NCBI RefSeq assembly: GCF_033153115.1 | Contig: NW_026889774.1 | Coordinates: forward strand, 23,126,001-23,190,000 | Source: Saccostrea echinata | Lineage: Eukaryota | Reading direction: 5' to 3' | Length of the DNA stretch: 64,000 nt | Part shown: one piece after another, positions 23,618 through 38,900 of the stretch | Position numbering within the stretch: position 1 is the stretch's first letter | Layout: every line of letters begins with the position of its first letter | Program-made: the position numbers and the translations under genes | Notes under the pieces: generated by a model | Database searches by the model: none | What the model saw: only the letters and a program-made list of their open reading frames with translations | What the model was told of the DNA's origin: nothing

Positions 23618-26394
23618 TCATTTCTGCTTTGAATGTTTCTTGCTCTTCCTCTTTACTTTTCTGTTTCTTCTTCTTTCTTTCTTTTTCTTCTTTTCTGGAA
23701 AAAAAGTTTGATTTTACAACAACAAAATATTTAAAGATAATTTTTATTTTCCTGCAAGAATAAAACAAAATAGCAATACAGAAAGATCCATGTAACATGC
23801 AACTATATCTGTATTGTAATTCCTTCTTTGTCATTAATAAATACCATACATTTTGTGTCATGTATGTCGTCCACGTTACCTTTTTCATCGTAAATATGAA
23901 ATGAAATTAACAGTGAGACATAGAATAGATATCATGGTTATGGGAAAATATGAATTAAATTCTCCCAAAACTTAGTTTTTTGGGGAAAAAATTATTGCAA
24001 CTGAGTTTCCGAGTCTTTTTGAGATAGATTTATATTATGCGGTAAAAGAATCTTTGAAAGCATTATTTAAAAGTATAATAAAATTATTTCTGCATTAGTG
24101 TTTTTTTTTTTTTAAATAAAAACGAATCCTTATTACTTTACTTATATGTTGCTTTAAATCAAAATTAGCGCTAGATAACTTTTTTGACTGTGTGCTATTT
24201 CAAATTCCCGAAATTGTGATTAAACAATTTACTTTTCGAAATATAAATCATCGGATCCAGGAAAGGGTTTTTAAAATTAATTTTTTTTTCAAAACGAAAA
24301 TTTTTAAAATTACAAATACAAATGCACATAATATGGATTTTTGAAAGATTCTAGAATTATGGTTGCAAATATATTTCTACGAATTTTTTTTTTTCTTTAA
24401 AGAAAAAAAATGAGCTAACCTTTCTTCTCAGAATTTAAGGTTACATCGTCCACCACTTCATCACAGATAGGATACCTCTGCTGGTCCCTGCTTAAGACTA
24501 TAGGAATAAAATCGTCATTGACATCAAATTCTTTCTTCGTAGACTATTAGTATACTTATTATTATAACTCTTTTTATTGAATGAAGCCATAATATTGTCT
24601 AAATGAAATCATCTTCTTAAATGCACCGTTCATATTCTATCATTCGAAAACGTTCATTATTTCTTTTACCATGATATAGAATAAATACAAAGGTTTCGAA
24701 GAGAGCTTACATTTCATACAAATAAGAAAACCCTTTTCCACAGAAGTCTCACAAGTTTTAAGAGGCATATAATCTGTTTTGAACTTCAGTTTAACATCCT
24801 TTAATTCGGTAATATTAATTTCTAGATAGCCAGATCCCCTTGATATCTGTTTTAAAACGTTTCCGTGCTGAAGGAAAAGTTCGTCATGTTTTTCGTTGAT
24901 TTCAGACCAGAGAACCCGCAGTGCCACTTTCATTTCAAGATGTTTCCGCTCAGTTTTAAAATTTAAAGAATGAATAGAGTTAGTATAACAATACTTGTAA
25001 TTCCAAGGGAAATTCTGATGACTTCGAACAATTATTGTCTGATCTCCCAGTTCTCGAATCATGACGTCACTGGGGGACCTTTCTAATGTTTCATTTGAAA
25101 TCAAATCGTAGATTTTGGTCTCTACAAAAGAGAAAACAAATATGAATTACAGAAAGTAACAGAAAAGAATTCTAAGCCACATAATTATGGATAATTAAAC
25201 AGATGTAATGTTTCCCTCAATATCATATTAAAGTTTTAATCAAAGAGCGAAATAAGATATGTAAATAATTCAATACAAAGTTCCACTCGTACTTGCCTAT
25301 CCGTTTTACTTTTCAAAAACAGGTAGAACTGACAGAACCAAAAGAATGAATAAAAAACTTTTGACTAGAAAGGTATTAAATAATATTTTATTTTTACTTG
25401 GATTTCTTGAAGACTTTCAACTTGAAACCGATTGTTTGCTTTCAACTAGCGAGAATACACTTAATAATAAGTGCAAAATTCTTATTAATGGCGCATTTTA
25501 AAATTCCGTATATATTCTGTATATATAGCAACAATGTTAGATGTCTGTTAACAAATAACAGAACTTCTCCATGCAAGATCACCGTAGCAGGTGACTGAAT
25601 TGTCTTGCTGCATTTAAGGAGATGTGGAGATCGTGAGAATAAAAAAAACGAAGCAATTAAATCGTGCATAAAGACAGACAAACATGCATAAAAACACAAA
25701 ACTGGTCTTTCAAAAAAAAAAATTACTTTCGTACATTCCCGGAATTAGGATTTTTTTTTTACATGCCATGGTATATATATTCTAAAATCTCAATATAACA
25801 ATGAAAATTTGCTACGATGCATAACCTTTTTTTAAACATCTCATGTTTTTCTCAAACCATTTTTCTTTCCTTTTTCTCCCCTTTCTCGTCTTGATAATGC
25901 AGCTCTTTTCCCACATACAATGGATCGGCGAGTTCCTCAGATCTTCCCTCAGGGCTCTGTAATTGTCTGTGTTAAAATATTTTTGGGTATATCCAGATAC
26001 TTGCATCAGCTGACTCTCGTTTGTACACTTGACATGTAATTCTTTAAAACGTTGTTTCATCCTCACTTTGCCTACAATTTTCAATTCAGGTTTTTTAATT
26101 ATTCTTTTTTATATCAAGGATATTATTGCATGCTGTTTTCTTGTGCATATGTATGTGTTGATTTCTAATATGCCACACAATCTTACTTTTGAATGAGAAC
26201 AATTGAAGGACAACGATGTCTCTTCATTTACCATTGATTATGCTATTAATTAATGTGAATTATATTCAATAACTCTAGAAAACATTATATTTGTGAAGAT
26301 GTACATAGAAAACATCACAATACTCACCTATCATGACAAACAGACAGACTGTCAGTACTTTGAGATTTGCTGCTGAGTACAAAGTAAAGGACAT
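23618..26394 (-). CDS. Gene A: secreted SUEL-like/CUB-like protein with polybasic tail, 292 aa; exons 26394-26328, 26071-25826, 25121-24711, 24497-24420, 23694-23618
   Basis: All four introns phase-1 GT-AG with an open frame: MSFTLYSAANLKVLTVCLFVMI|GKVRMKQ...HCMWEKSC...RCLKK|ETKIYDLIS...RSHQNFPWNY...KGFLICMK|FLSRDQQRYPICDEVVDDVTLNSEKK|EKKKKKERRRNRKVKRKSKKHSKQK*. TATA-like CTTATATAAA ~120 bp upstream of the ATG. Confidence 0.85.
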
Positions 26395-29300
26395 TTCTCT
26401 TGAAGCTAATACTACAGATTCTCTAACAGTATCGTGTTTTGAAATAATCAGAACTGAATTCCTTCTCACATTTTTGTCTGCAAATTTTCCTGAAGGATTT
26501 TCGGATATAAATACTTTATATAAGTTCCGTCAATTGTATACCAATTTAGATAGGCGAATATTTCCGTTCTTGTCTAATCGGGAATTTGTTAAATTTAATA
26601 CAGTTTCCTTTAACTTCCTAACAATGGAAATATGTCTGCCTTTTGTAATGGCACAGTGCTGGCACCGTTCTGATTATGATCTTAAATTTAAGGACAATCA
26701 ATGAAAATGGTATAATTCAATTGCAGAATTATGAAATTCATTGAGATAGATGACATTTGTAACCTATCATTGTTGAATCGGGCGGATGCAAGGAGCACAA
26801 CATGGGGTCTAACCTATCTGTGTTAATTTCCTCAACCAATTCAGCAAAACTTTACTACAAATATTTCAAATGGTAAAACCAATATGTACACTCTATGCTA
26901 ATCAAAAAAATACCCAGAAATATTTTGCAAGACACTTCTGTGATTACAGAGAGCATTTGCAACTGTGTTTTTTCGAGTTGCAGTATTGAATTTTGCAACT
27001 GTGTTTTTTTTTCACCTATGAGTTGCAGTATTTAATGCTGTTTTCTTTGTTTATAAGTGATCTTTTCGTAATGCATCTTGTTTTAGTTCTATATAAGCAA
27101 AACCCATTAACTTCGCAATTCAAAATACCATGTACTAGTATTTGATGATAAGAAGTACATCTGAATACATTTAAATGAGTGAATGCCCTGCGTTAATAAC
27201 TCAATTGCAGTATATCAGAATAATTATGATTAGGATTTAATATTATCATTATAATCAAAATTAATTAAAATTAATGATATATTGGTATTTTTAAAAAGTT
27301 ACATAAAATTTGCATTGCAAGGACACATTGAAAGGTAAAGCTACTACGAATCACCGCATACATAAAATACACTAGTAACTGTTGCACATCACTGTCGAGA
27401 ATATTAAGATAAAGAGAAATACCAGTCTTCAGATTTCTTGCTATTTTTTCATGGCATTTATTAAGTGTTACTTGTGCCTAAACCTTTATGAAGTATAGTT
27501 TACAATGTGCACGTATTCTTTGTGTTGCTTTGACTGTACTTTATAGCATATTTGACTATGCATTACATACATGAATATAAGGGTTCTAATACACTGAATG
27601 ATCGCCGAAGAACCATGCAGCTGTAAATCCTTTACTCATGACAGCGACGGGATTAATCAAAATAAAACCAAAATTAACACATTAAAACCAGGGCGGGGGG
27701 GGGGGGGGGGGGTTAGAACAAAGTCAAAAATTTTAGACATGAAGTATGCAAAAGATGGAATGATGTGATGGAAAACATGGCGATGTCTGAACGAGCATGT
27801 GAATAGAAATGAGTAAAATAAAAGAGAATCATTAATGCAGTTTGTGTTTTACGGGTCAATTAAAGTAAGTGGTGTCCGAAATCGTCCAGAAAAGCAGATG
27901 AAGCAAAATGGTCAAGTTAGCCTCCAACTTTGCTAGCCTAGGGGACGACTCCCCTTCTTTTCACAATTTAAGAGAAATTAAAAGTGGAGAGAGGCGGATC
28001 GTCATCAATATCTAGCGAAGATGGTTGAAACCACTTAAAGAAATTTAAAAATCAATCTGTAGCAATTTATTAATCATTATGCCATAATGTTACATAATTA
28101 ATACTTTTTTAAATTTTACCTTATTTCATCTTATTTGTAATTTATTTTTGACTGTACATTTAAAGAATACTAGTATTCAACTAATAAGTAAAATATAAAA
28201 CATATTTTATATTAATTTATATAAATAAAATATATTATATCAATTTTTTTGTTAAGCATTAGATGTGGGAATTATTAGACTGTAAAAATATATTAAGCAA
28301 AATGAATTTGAATTATGGGTCATTCTGGAGATATAGTTATATTACAATTAAATTATTTGAAAGAAATTTCTAAATTACTCTTAATTCAAAATTGTTATTT
28401 ATTACTCTCAATCATAATATTTTTTTCCATTTCCTTACTACTAGTCATATTGATTTTATGGTTTATGGCAATGCATGGTCACCAACCCCTTAATTAAGCA
28501 GCAGTGCATAGACATTGTTAAGAAAAATTGACAGTACATGTATATTAAAATTATATCATAATTTCTTTTTCTAATATCTGAAATATCTAGCGGGAAATAC
28601 GCACCTCATCCCCTTATTCGAATCCATGTATAATTGTAATTAGGAATGATATCTGATTGATAAATTTTAAATCTATTCACTATAACTCTTCTTGACCGTT
28701 GGCGAGTAAACAATCCATTACTAAATCAATAAATATTGCGAGAATAAAGGAAACAAGCTAATTCAGTCATGAAAAATGTACCATTATTTAAAACAATTCG
28801 TGAAAACGTGATTGATTCAGTTTCAGCACCAGCAGGTTACGATTTCTCTCTTAGAAATGAAATAAGTATATAATTTCGTCCACTTCTGCAGACGACAGTC
28901 TACTGCAGAGTTTGTTTATAAGACCAACAACAGCAAAATTCGGAAATTATTTTTCTTTTTTTTTTTAATCAAAGCTTTAAAAACATAAGGTATATAATAA
29001 AGTTCAAGAATTCTTACAAAATGTTCCATGTATAATGGGTACTAGTGCATTGTAATAACTTCAATTAAAGTTCATGCAATACACGAGTAATAGTTTGAAT
29101 ATTGTAATTGTTTAATTTTTGCTATAACCGTAGACATGTACGACATGGCTAGACAAATTAAACACTTAGGTCTATTAAATTCCTCATATTTTCCTTAACA
29201 TTGAATAGAGACAAACTTTACAATATCTAACGTTTGAAGTTTGTAAATAATACTATGAACAGTTCCGTAAACTCGACAGCTACGAGTATGGTAGTCCGAA

Positions 29301-29519
29301 AGCATCAATCCAACGAAAAAATTAAACATTCAAGATCTTAGTTCAAAACGAAGAAAAAAAAGTAATATATTACGACCACGGCTATTGCATTTTATATCAC
29401 TCTTTGGATATGCGTTTAATACTATTACTATTTAATCAAAAAACAAATTGAATCCCTGCAAGTTTTTTAACCAATTAAAAAAAATTAAAGATGACAGCCG
29501 ATTTAAGGCTACTCATAAT

Positions 29520-31106
29520 GGTGTAATCTTGACTGTGATATGAAAGAGACGAGTGGAATATTCAACCTTTCCATGTATAAACGACATTCATTCATCATCA
29601 TTCATATTTATTTTAGAGTACACAGCATTTGTTCAACACATTGATGACTTTGAAATTCACACCTGGTATCCTCGGACACCGTAATTGAACTTAAGTGTAA
29701 TTAGTAAACTATGTCATGACACCAAAAGTAGGAGAGTCATTCAGAATCTCAGGTGAAAAAACAAAATTTTTTTTAGTAAATTTATTACAAGAATCAACAA
29801 ATAAAAATGAAACAAATAGCAAGAAATGCGTTCGTCTACGAATCGCTTTGCACTAGCTGTTCCTTCCACGACAATGTCGGCTCTCTTTGTGCCAAAAATA
29901 TACATAAGGTAAAAAAAAAATTAAAAAAATCTACACGTCATCAATAACTAAAACAAACCTGAATTAGGGGAGGTAATGTAATTACAATAAAACAATTTTA
30001 TTTTTTCCTGAAAAAAGTTCCTGATGTTTTCGAACTGAAATTATCCTTTTATGGTTCTATTGTTTTAACTGCATTGTGTATTCCTTAGGAGAAGTGCATT
30101 ATTCCTTTGACAATGATTATAAAACTGGTAGAAAGGTCTCAGTGAGAGCTACATTTCATACAAACAAGTAAACGCCTTTCTGCATGGTCGTCAGAGGTTT
30201 TTCAAAGAAAATAATCTTTTTTGAACTTAAGTTTTTATGCCCGTTAATAATCAACAGATGCATGTAACGTAGAGAAAATACTAGTGCTTTGAAGGAAACT
30301 GACAAAAACTATATGCACATAATATGGATTTTTGAAAGAAATTAGTATAAGGGTTGCATATAATACTACGAATAAGATCTTTTTAAATTAAGAAATTTAG
30401 CTAAACTTTTCCGCAGAAATACCATTACGTTGTTCATCACCTCGTCACAGATAGAGTACCTTTGCTGGTCCCAAACTATATATATAAAATAATCATTGAC
30501 ATTCAAATGCTTTCTTCGTGGACTCTCGATATACTAATTAGATTTTTATTGGTTATTGAAATCAGAATCCAATAATTGTCAAAATGAAAATTATTCTTTT
30601 ATCGTTCGTTTGTTTTAAATGCACTGTGTATTCCCTTTAAAAAGTTCATTATTTCTTTGACAATGATGAAAAGCGATAAAAAGATCTGGCGGAGAGATCT
30701 CATTTCAGACAAAAAAAACTCTTTATACAGAAGTCTCGCAGGTTTACTAGAAATATAATCTGTTTTGAACGTAAGTTTTACGTCCTTTAATTCGGTAACA
30801 ATAATTTCTAGATACCCATGTCCTCTATATGTTTCAAGACATTTCCGTGCTGAACTAAAAGTTCGTCATGTTTTCGTTGATTTCAGACCATAAAACCTGT
30901 AACACTACATTTATTTCAAGATGTTTAAGCTCATGCAGTTTTAAAATTTAAGGAATAAATAAGGTTAGCATAACAGTATTTGTAATTCCGAGGTAATTAC
31001 TGATGACTTCAAAAAATAATTGTCTCATTGATCTTATTCTCGAATGGTGACAACATTGGGGATTTTTCTAATACTTCCTTTGAAATCAAATCGTATATTG
31101 CCGTCT
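29520..31106 (-). pseudogene. Mosaic pseudogene B of the same family
   Basis: 31106-30702 is an A-like CUB exon with in-frame stops (TIIF*SHQ*LPRNYKYCY) and a mutated donor. 30475-30405 is the linker exon (WDQQRYSICDEVM). ~30250-30070 is a second CUB-exon end. ~29970-29520 matches the last exon and 3' flank of gene D. No signal-peptide or SUEL exons found. Confidence 0.85.
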
Positions 31107-33740
31107 CTATAAAAGAAAAGAGAATGATCATGAATAATTATAAATTACCCCAAACATAACTTAAATGGATTAGTGCATCCTAGACCAAACAAATATTGGT
31201 AATTCAACAGTTGTAATTGCTTTTCTCTCAAATGAATATTAGTTTTAGTTAAAGAGTACAATACATAAATGCAAGGAACGTAACATGGTGTCTAACCAAA
31301 GTATATTCATTTCCCCGAATAATTCAGAAAAACTTCAAATATTTCAAATGTCTAAGATCCTGTATGTTCACGTATACTCAATGCTTTATATCATGGTAGT
31401 GATATAGACAAACATTCGAAATCAATGTTTTGCATGACACTGCAGTGATTAGAAATAACATTTGCATCTGTTTTTCTTCTACGTTTGAGTTAGTTATTCG
31501 ATTTGAATATCGACCTACATGTACTTATTTATTCAAAGTGCAAGCAATTCAAGATCTTCAAAAGTATCTCACCCAAATGGCAATTTAAGAGCCCATTAAA
31601 ATAAGAAGTACATTTGAATACATCTTAATGAATGCAAACTCTTACTCAATCAGCAAGGTATTTAGATTTTTTTGGTCATTTTTGATCATATGCAACATCA
31701 TAAATGATTATGATTTAGAATTATCATAATCATGATATTACGATGACCGATATATTCATTATTGCTATCTCAGAATATTTACTCAGTTTACATTACAAGC
31801 CAAAGTGATAAGTAAAACTTTACAACCTTTATCAATTAAAGTATATATTTAACATTAAACAAGAATATTAAGAATAATAAAGAAAAGATAACGTGTCAAT
31901 CAACAGATGTCGTGTTATTCTATTCATTGCCATTCAGCGTATCTTGTGTCGTCATACGAAACGGCTTACTGATCTATTTTTCTTCAGCAATGTTGCTTTT
32001 ATAATGCTTTCAAAACTGAGGCAAAGCATTTCGTTTTATGAATGTAGAATTCTATTTATCAAATCCATAAATCCTTTAATATATGAATGCATATATTTTT
32101 TTATTGCACTTGAAATTTGTAAAATTAAATATTAATACTTTGTAGTATATAATAAAATCAATAAATGGGAATTATTGGCTTCTATGGAGAGTATTTTGTT
32201 GAATAAAAATTAAATTAATAAAATAAAACTTAAATAAGAGATTACTATTAATTACTTTTAAATTGTAATAAATTATACTCGATCATAATTATTTATATAT
32301 ATATATTTATATAATTTTATTTTGCAATTACAACATCCCATATACCGATGCTTATCTTTTAATACATAGAGGATGTTCTATGTTTTGTAGTTGAATGTGG
32401 AATTTGTTTCACGAGTGGGGCTGGAAATTTTTTTTTTTTTTTTTTTTTTTTAAATATCAAAAATTCTGTCTCACGTGTATTTATCATTTTGATAATTTTT
32501 CACCCTATGAAAAACATCACTTTTATTCAATAAATAATTACATTATTTCACCTTTGAAAAAATAATAGAACGTTTTATTCTCGTGTGAACTTGTCCAGAC
32601 AAATGCATCACATCATTCGGATATTGATTGACCCGATCAAATTGATTTTAATATTTATGACAAGGCATGGTGGTCACCACTATTCCTTTAAGAAAGCATG
32701 GGTACCTGAAAATTGCAAAGAAAATTTACAGCATGTGAAATTTATCAATTCTTTTTTTAGTGTCAGAAATTTAGCCGGAAATACCCACCTCAACCCCTTC
32801 TGTAAATCCATGTAATTAGGAAGGACAACCTAAATCAAAATTGCATCTGTTCAACGTCCTTCTATCTGACGGATCATCGAATAAATACTATCAAAATTCA
32901 TACTGTGTATCTAATTCAATTTCTATCTATCTGTCATTATTCAATCGTTAAATATTACAAATGAAACATGAAATTAAAGCACTGAAAAAGTTTTTAAAAA
33001 AACTTACTTTGATATCTTTTCAGCGCCAGCAGAATTATCACTGAGGTTAGGACTAATAAGAAATGAATGCATACTTGGTCAACTTCTACTGACGTACTAC
33101 AGCAAAGTTTGTTTTCAACAAACTAGTAAAGCAAAGTTCTAAAATTTGATTTTCAATTTTTTTTTTTTAAACCAAAGCTTCCGACACAAACGTTTAAAAA
33201 AAGAATTTTGTGAATACTTGGGAAACTTGCTATCCATATTATTGAATAACTTAACTCAAGTAAGTGCAATGTGTTAGTTAAAGCGGATAATTATGCGATC
33301 CTTCGTCAGGAATGTAGACATGTACAAAACGGTTAGAAAAATTAACCCCTTATTCCAAATAAATTGTTTGATAAGCCCAAGCATCACGTACTTGGACATG
33401 AGAAGAATTTATCAATATATATAAATATTTTTTTTCTCACTCTCTCCCTCTCTCTCTCCCTCTCTATATAGATATCCATTTTCAAAGAAAATCTCTCTCT
33501 CTCTCTCTCAATTTATGGATCAAGGAAGAGGTACTGGTTGTTGCTTTGAATTTTAACATGTACTACTATACATGTTCAATATATTCCATAAAAAATGCTA
33601 TTGCTTATTAAAGTTATATTTTATTTGGATTACGAAAAACAATAATAAAATATACATATTTACACAAGGGTAAAGAACTATTTGAACTTAAGAAAACACT
33701 ATGCAAAATTAACTTCTTCTCATATGTATGTACATGTATG

Positions 33741-34020
33741 AAAAATATTATAATAGTGGACAGTGATCAATCTCATAAATCTCGGGCTGCAAAAGATACT
33801 TATCGTGAACAGGGTAAAAGACAGAATCCTGGAAACACAAGTAGTGGAATCAGGTGTCTAGCAGGAGTAAGCATCCCCTGTGACCGTCATATCCCCTGTG
33901 ACCGTCACACCCGCCTTGAGCCTTCTGTATTGATGAATCAACGGAGTAATTGGTATGAAATGATGGCCTAACAATTTTGTTATGTCACAGATCAGTCAAA
34001 TACAATGTCTGTATTTGCAA
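33741..34020 (-). mobile_element. 3' end of a Penelope-like retroelement
   Basis: GTGGAATCAGGTGTCTAGCAGGAGTAAGCATCCCCTGTGACCG motif shared with the RT-bearing copies at ~45.7 kb and ~60 kb. Confidence 0.65.
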
Positions 34021-34038
34021 TGAAGGTCATGTTACAGC

Positions 34039-35172
34039 TATTCTACAAAAACATGACCAATTAAGAATTTTTTATATCGCTTACAAATTTACCGTTGTAA
34101 TATCTTAACTATAGATTTAAAGGTCGATTTCAACTCTAAGACTTAACATACACACATGGTTTTGTAATAATTTACCGATATATATGCAGTTAAAGTTTTG
34201 ATATGAACATACTGTAATGTTGAAAAACGTATTCCACTGCATACACTGCATACGCTTCATACATTTACAAATTTCAAGATGAAATTTTCAGCCGTAAAAG
34301 CGTTCCGAATAGATTGCAATGAATGTTAAAAAAGTTTTTTATTCAATTTTAAAAAGAGAACAAAGCACTTCTCGCAAAGAAATGCATGGATCTTCTTTCA
34401 TGTGAAATCATAGCATGTCGCTAAAAATCGATTAACTTCCGTAACGATTTTGCTTTAAATTTCACGCACAGAATGCAGATTTCAAAAAGAACTGAAACCT
34501 ATCTGAAAGTGACCACGGAACCTAATGCCATCGATTCTAGTTGCGAGTCAGCTTTTATAGACGATTACATTTTCGACATAACACAATTAATTAGACAAAA
34601 ACAGTTGTCTCTCCTAAAAATTTAACTTCCGTAACGGTAATTCAGGAAAGTTTTTGCATTAAAGGTATAAACTTTTATTTATTATTTTGGGAGCGAAATG
34701 CTTCATACTTTTGTTTTATATCCTAAAACAAACTTTAATTTTAACTGTTGCCGAGAATTTTAACTTTTATAGCTTGGAATTAACTTCCGTAACGATTTAC
34801 TTCCGTAACGATATTTTTCCCGAAATTTTTACTTAATTTCGGATTCATGCGAGACTTCATGAATCATACTTAAGCGTTCTATACTGAACATCAGAAACTA
34901 AAAAATGTTCAAATTCAGCTTTATTTAAAAATAATAAGACTTTGATCAGCATTAACTTCCGCAACATTACATTAAAATCAATGGTATATTGAAATTGTTG
35001 TAAAAAGTTAACGATACCAGATTTGTGGACAATTCTTTTTTTTTTTTTTCTTTTTTTTTTTTTGGTAAGTTCACTGATTTGTCATTTAGTGAGTTATGAT
35101 GTTCACTTAGCTATTTGAAACAATTATTTTTTCATGTTTTATACCCTGAATTGGTCCATTTATCGTAGAATG
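34039..35172. mobile_element. Non-autonomous TIR element with repeated TTAACTTCCGTAACG motifs
   Basis: TTCTACAAAAACATGACCAATT ... AATTGGTCCATTTATCGTAGAA imperfect TIRs; internal motif at ~34432, 34622, 34780, 34797 and 34952. Confidence 0.55.
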
Positions 35173-35933
35173 AAGGTATAACGTTCATCGAATTTGCAAA
35201 ATTCTGACTTCATAAGAGATTTATAACAGGCTAACAGCCATGTAACAAAATTTTACAGAGGAAAAAATCCAGTGTAAGCCATGTGCGACATTCAGAAAAA
35301 ATATGTACAGAAAATGTATTTATATTCTAATACAACACATGACATAATATGATATCTTATTCAACGAATCCATGACTCCAACATTTAAATGTAGAAAACC
35401 ATTAATCAGCTTTTAAATCTAAACGCTAGCCTACTTGATAAAGGGTGTCTTGTTCGTTTTTGGATATAATCGAATTTTGAATTGTATGGATCCATAGATT
35501 AAACCGCACTGACTTTTCAGTGGCGAAAAAATTTTGCAGCCCGAATTATTTATGAGTTTTTGATAAGCTGTTTTAAGTTAAAAAATTGATTTCTTTATTT
35601 TCTGTTAACTTGGAAAAGGTACATGAACATTAGATATTATTTACTGTCTCGTAATATACTGAACTGAAACAAGTGAAAGCAATCTTGTAGCAAACAGATC
35701 TACAACTGGTAAAATAAGAACACCGCATTAGAATATCTTTCTACCGATTATATATTACTATATTTTTTGGATAAAGTTGGCTTTCCGTTATTTAAAGAAA
35801 TTACGAAACAAAAACTTGTGTTTCTAACATTGAATGTCAAACTACAAAACGTAACATAGAACAAATTAAAACTCTTCTCTTATTTTACAAGTTTCTATTT
35901 TTACAGTAAATAGGAGAAAACATTTAAAAGATT

Positions 35934-38900
35934 TTAGCGACACGATCTATTTCTTTTTTCGCTCTTTTTATTTCTTTTTCCTTTCTTTCTTCTTCTATTT
36001 CTTTTCCTCCTTTTCTTACCTGCAATTAATAAGTTTAATAATTAAAGTTGAGTAAATCCAAAGTTATGACGTTAGAGAATAACAAAATAGCTCAGAATGG
36101 TCTCAACCAACCATCACTGCCAATTACTACCTTTTCAATTTACAATACAGGGCGATGCTTTTATATGTTTGCATCACAATATTTAAGACACCTATATTGA
36201 TATGACTTTGTTATTCTAGTAAAGTTATCATGTTATTTTAGAAAGCGGTTGTTAATATGACACAATGGCTGAAATAAATTTTATTTGTTCTTTTCTGAGA
36301 ATCAGCAGACACCTAATAACTTTTTGACTTGAAATCCTCAAAGTATATATACATGTATATCAATATAATAAAAACAATTTCAAGTCTACGAAAATAAAGT
36401 ACTTGTTCATAAATAAAATATATTATATTGAATAAATTAAAGCATTAGAATGTTAGCTGGGACATCAAAATGAAATGATTCTTTATCTGTCCTAAAATAA
36501 AAATCATGTAAAGAAATCTAACCTCTTTTATTTTGTTTGATGAACGTTTGAGCGCTTACTTTGTCCATCACTTCATCACATATCGAATTGTTCTGCATAC
36601 TGCTTACAACTAAAATTTAAACAAATCACCCCGATCTCACAATATTTTTTTTCATGCGTTATGAACATAAAACCACTTAAGGATGACATTTACTCAGACA
36701 AAAAACTCCACCGATAAGAGCGAAAAACCATCTAAGGTACATTGTACATCTATAATTGTAGTATTATTATTGACTTTCAAATAACTAGGCCAATGACCTA
36801 TTTTTCATGCTTGTAGCCCCTGAGTATTTCTCGGAAAATACCTCAGTTTTTTACACTAATATTTCTTTTACTCAAAGAATATTACAAGCAACAAAACTCT
36901 TCTAGATAAAAGGTTGTATTTGTTGTATTTGTTGACAAGGTCATTGTATGGACCATAAAACTTGCGAAATGATGACTTCAAACAAAACTGTTGATATCCT
37001 TGTTTCATCAACTTGTTTGTCAGTAGCTTGCTTCGTTTAAGAAATTGTTCGTATGTAGAGCATGCTCATGTGCATCGTATCAACTGGGAGACAAAAAACC
37101 CCATATGCAGGTGATAAGGGTACTGTATATTGCTACATAAGTAAGGGAAGTTGTCGATTTAAAAATTGAAGTCATCCCGTTTATCATGAAGCTTTGTTAG
37201 TAGGTTACCATTAAAGTCTTTTTCTAGTAAAATATCCAAATATGAAATAGATGTGTCAGACTTTTGGGATCTTTTATTTCAAGCTCACTGAGATATATCG
37301 AGTGGACATGTGAATGGAAGTAACTATTGTTAATTGATAATACGTCACCGATATATCTTAATGTCGAGTTAAAGGACACAGCAAGTGTCTTCTTCTCGTT
37401 TAGAAGTTTTTGAATAAATTCTGCTTTATATAAATACAAAAATAGGTCTGCTAACAAGGGGGCGCAATATTACTCATGGGAATTCCAACAGATTGTTGGA
37501 CACGTTATTTCTGGTGACGTAAATATAGTTAATAATGAGTACCTTAAATCACTTATTTTAAAGGGGCTAAACTTTAGGGAACCCCGGTCTATTAACTGGA
37601 ATCATAATTTCATAAATATTTTGAAATAAATTCTGTGGAATATTACGCCAGGCGATGGACCAGACATGAAAAAGAAGCAGTGACACTTAAATTGTCAGAA
37701 TGGATTAAATGTATCAGTTATATGTTAAAATCTTGCATTAAAGGGTTTTTATCACGTATCTATATTTCTTAAAAATAAAGCACTATTATATTCTTGAAAC
37801 ATATAATTATCGTTTAATTATGAAATAATGTTGAAAACAGCCGAAATTAGACGATAAAACGCCCGTAATATAAGGTCCTCGAAGTAAAAATCTCCAACAA
37901 TTAGATAGGGGTCACGTGGTACTGAAACGTCATAGGTGTCAATAGAACTCGTAAAGCTTATCGTAAGAAAAATTATTTTGAATAGATTTTTACGCTAAAT
38001 AAATAGAATACACAATATGGCCGGTTGAAATTTTGACATCGACTATATTCCTTTGGTTATGGACGGTCAATCTTTTATGTATGAACGTCTAGCAAAGAGA
38101 AATAACCAGAAAATATGCCGAGAAGTCACCGAAGACGAAGCTGTTGATTACTCGGGACTTCGACTAAAGAGAATGAATTACTGAAGTTTAACTTCGTAAA
38201 CATTTATAAATATGGGGATTTTAAATTCTCCTTTATTATTATTTTTAATTAATTATACATAAATAAATCCAGTATATCTTCTATCTGTTCCAGCAGTGAA
38301 TATCATGTAATAGAAATGACACTCTTCAATGGCGCCGTACGCCATTACGAAGTTAACAACATTCCTACTAGATTCTGTGCGATTTTTTAAAATGCGTGTT
38401 TGTCATTTATCATTTTTTTTTATAGGTATCTTTCCTTAAAATATTTTATAGGACAGAAAAAAAAATTGTGATCGATCGAACATAAACGATTGTTTTGAAT
38501 GGAGATAAACGCCATCGCATTTGCAGAAAAAGGCCCCCTTTCATCTTTCGACCAAGTCTAGGAAATGTGGGAAAAAAATTCCTAAGACCTTTCTTGTGCA
38601 CATTTGTGCATCCTAAGGTCATAAATTATACCTTACTAGCTGTCAATTATCCATTTATCAGTTAATTATTTTATAACAGGTTTAACAGACACAACAAATG
38701 AGCCCTTTTTTATACACAATAAGTACTTCGCTTGACCAGAATTGACACCTATGACGTCAGAGCAATGGCGCGTAACATCGGCGATCAAAATATGCATATT
38801 GAGAAATTCTTTGAATCGCTGAAACATCAAAAATATTAATTTTCTAGCAAAGATTTTTAAATATATGATTTTAATTGCATGTGAACTTTGTCATATCAAA

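Noticed and set aside
23559-23888. 109-aa ORF read as the end of gene A (…KEEEQETFKAEMIDLV…)
   Set aside because: Splice phase and paralog comparison favour the alternative Lys/Arg-rich frame ending at 23618.
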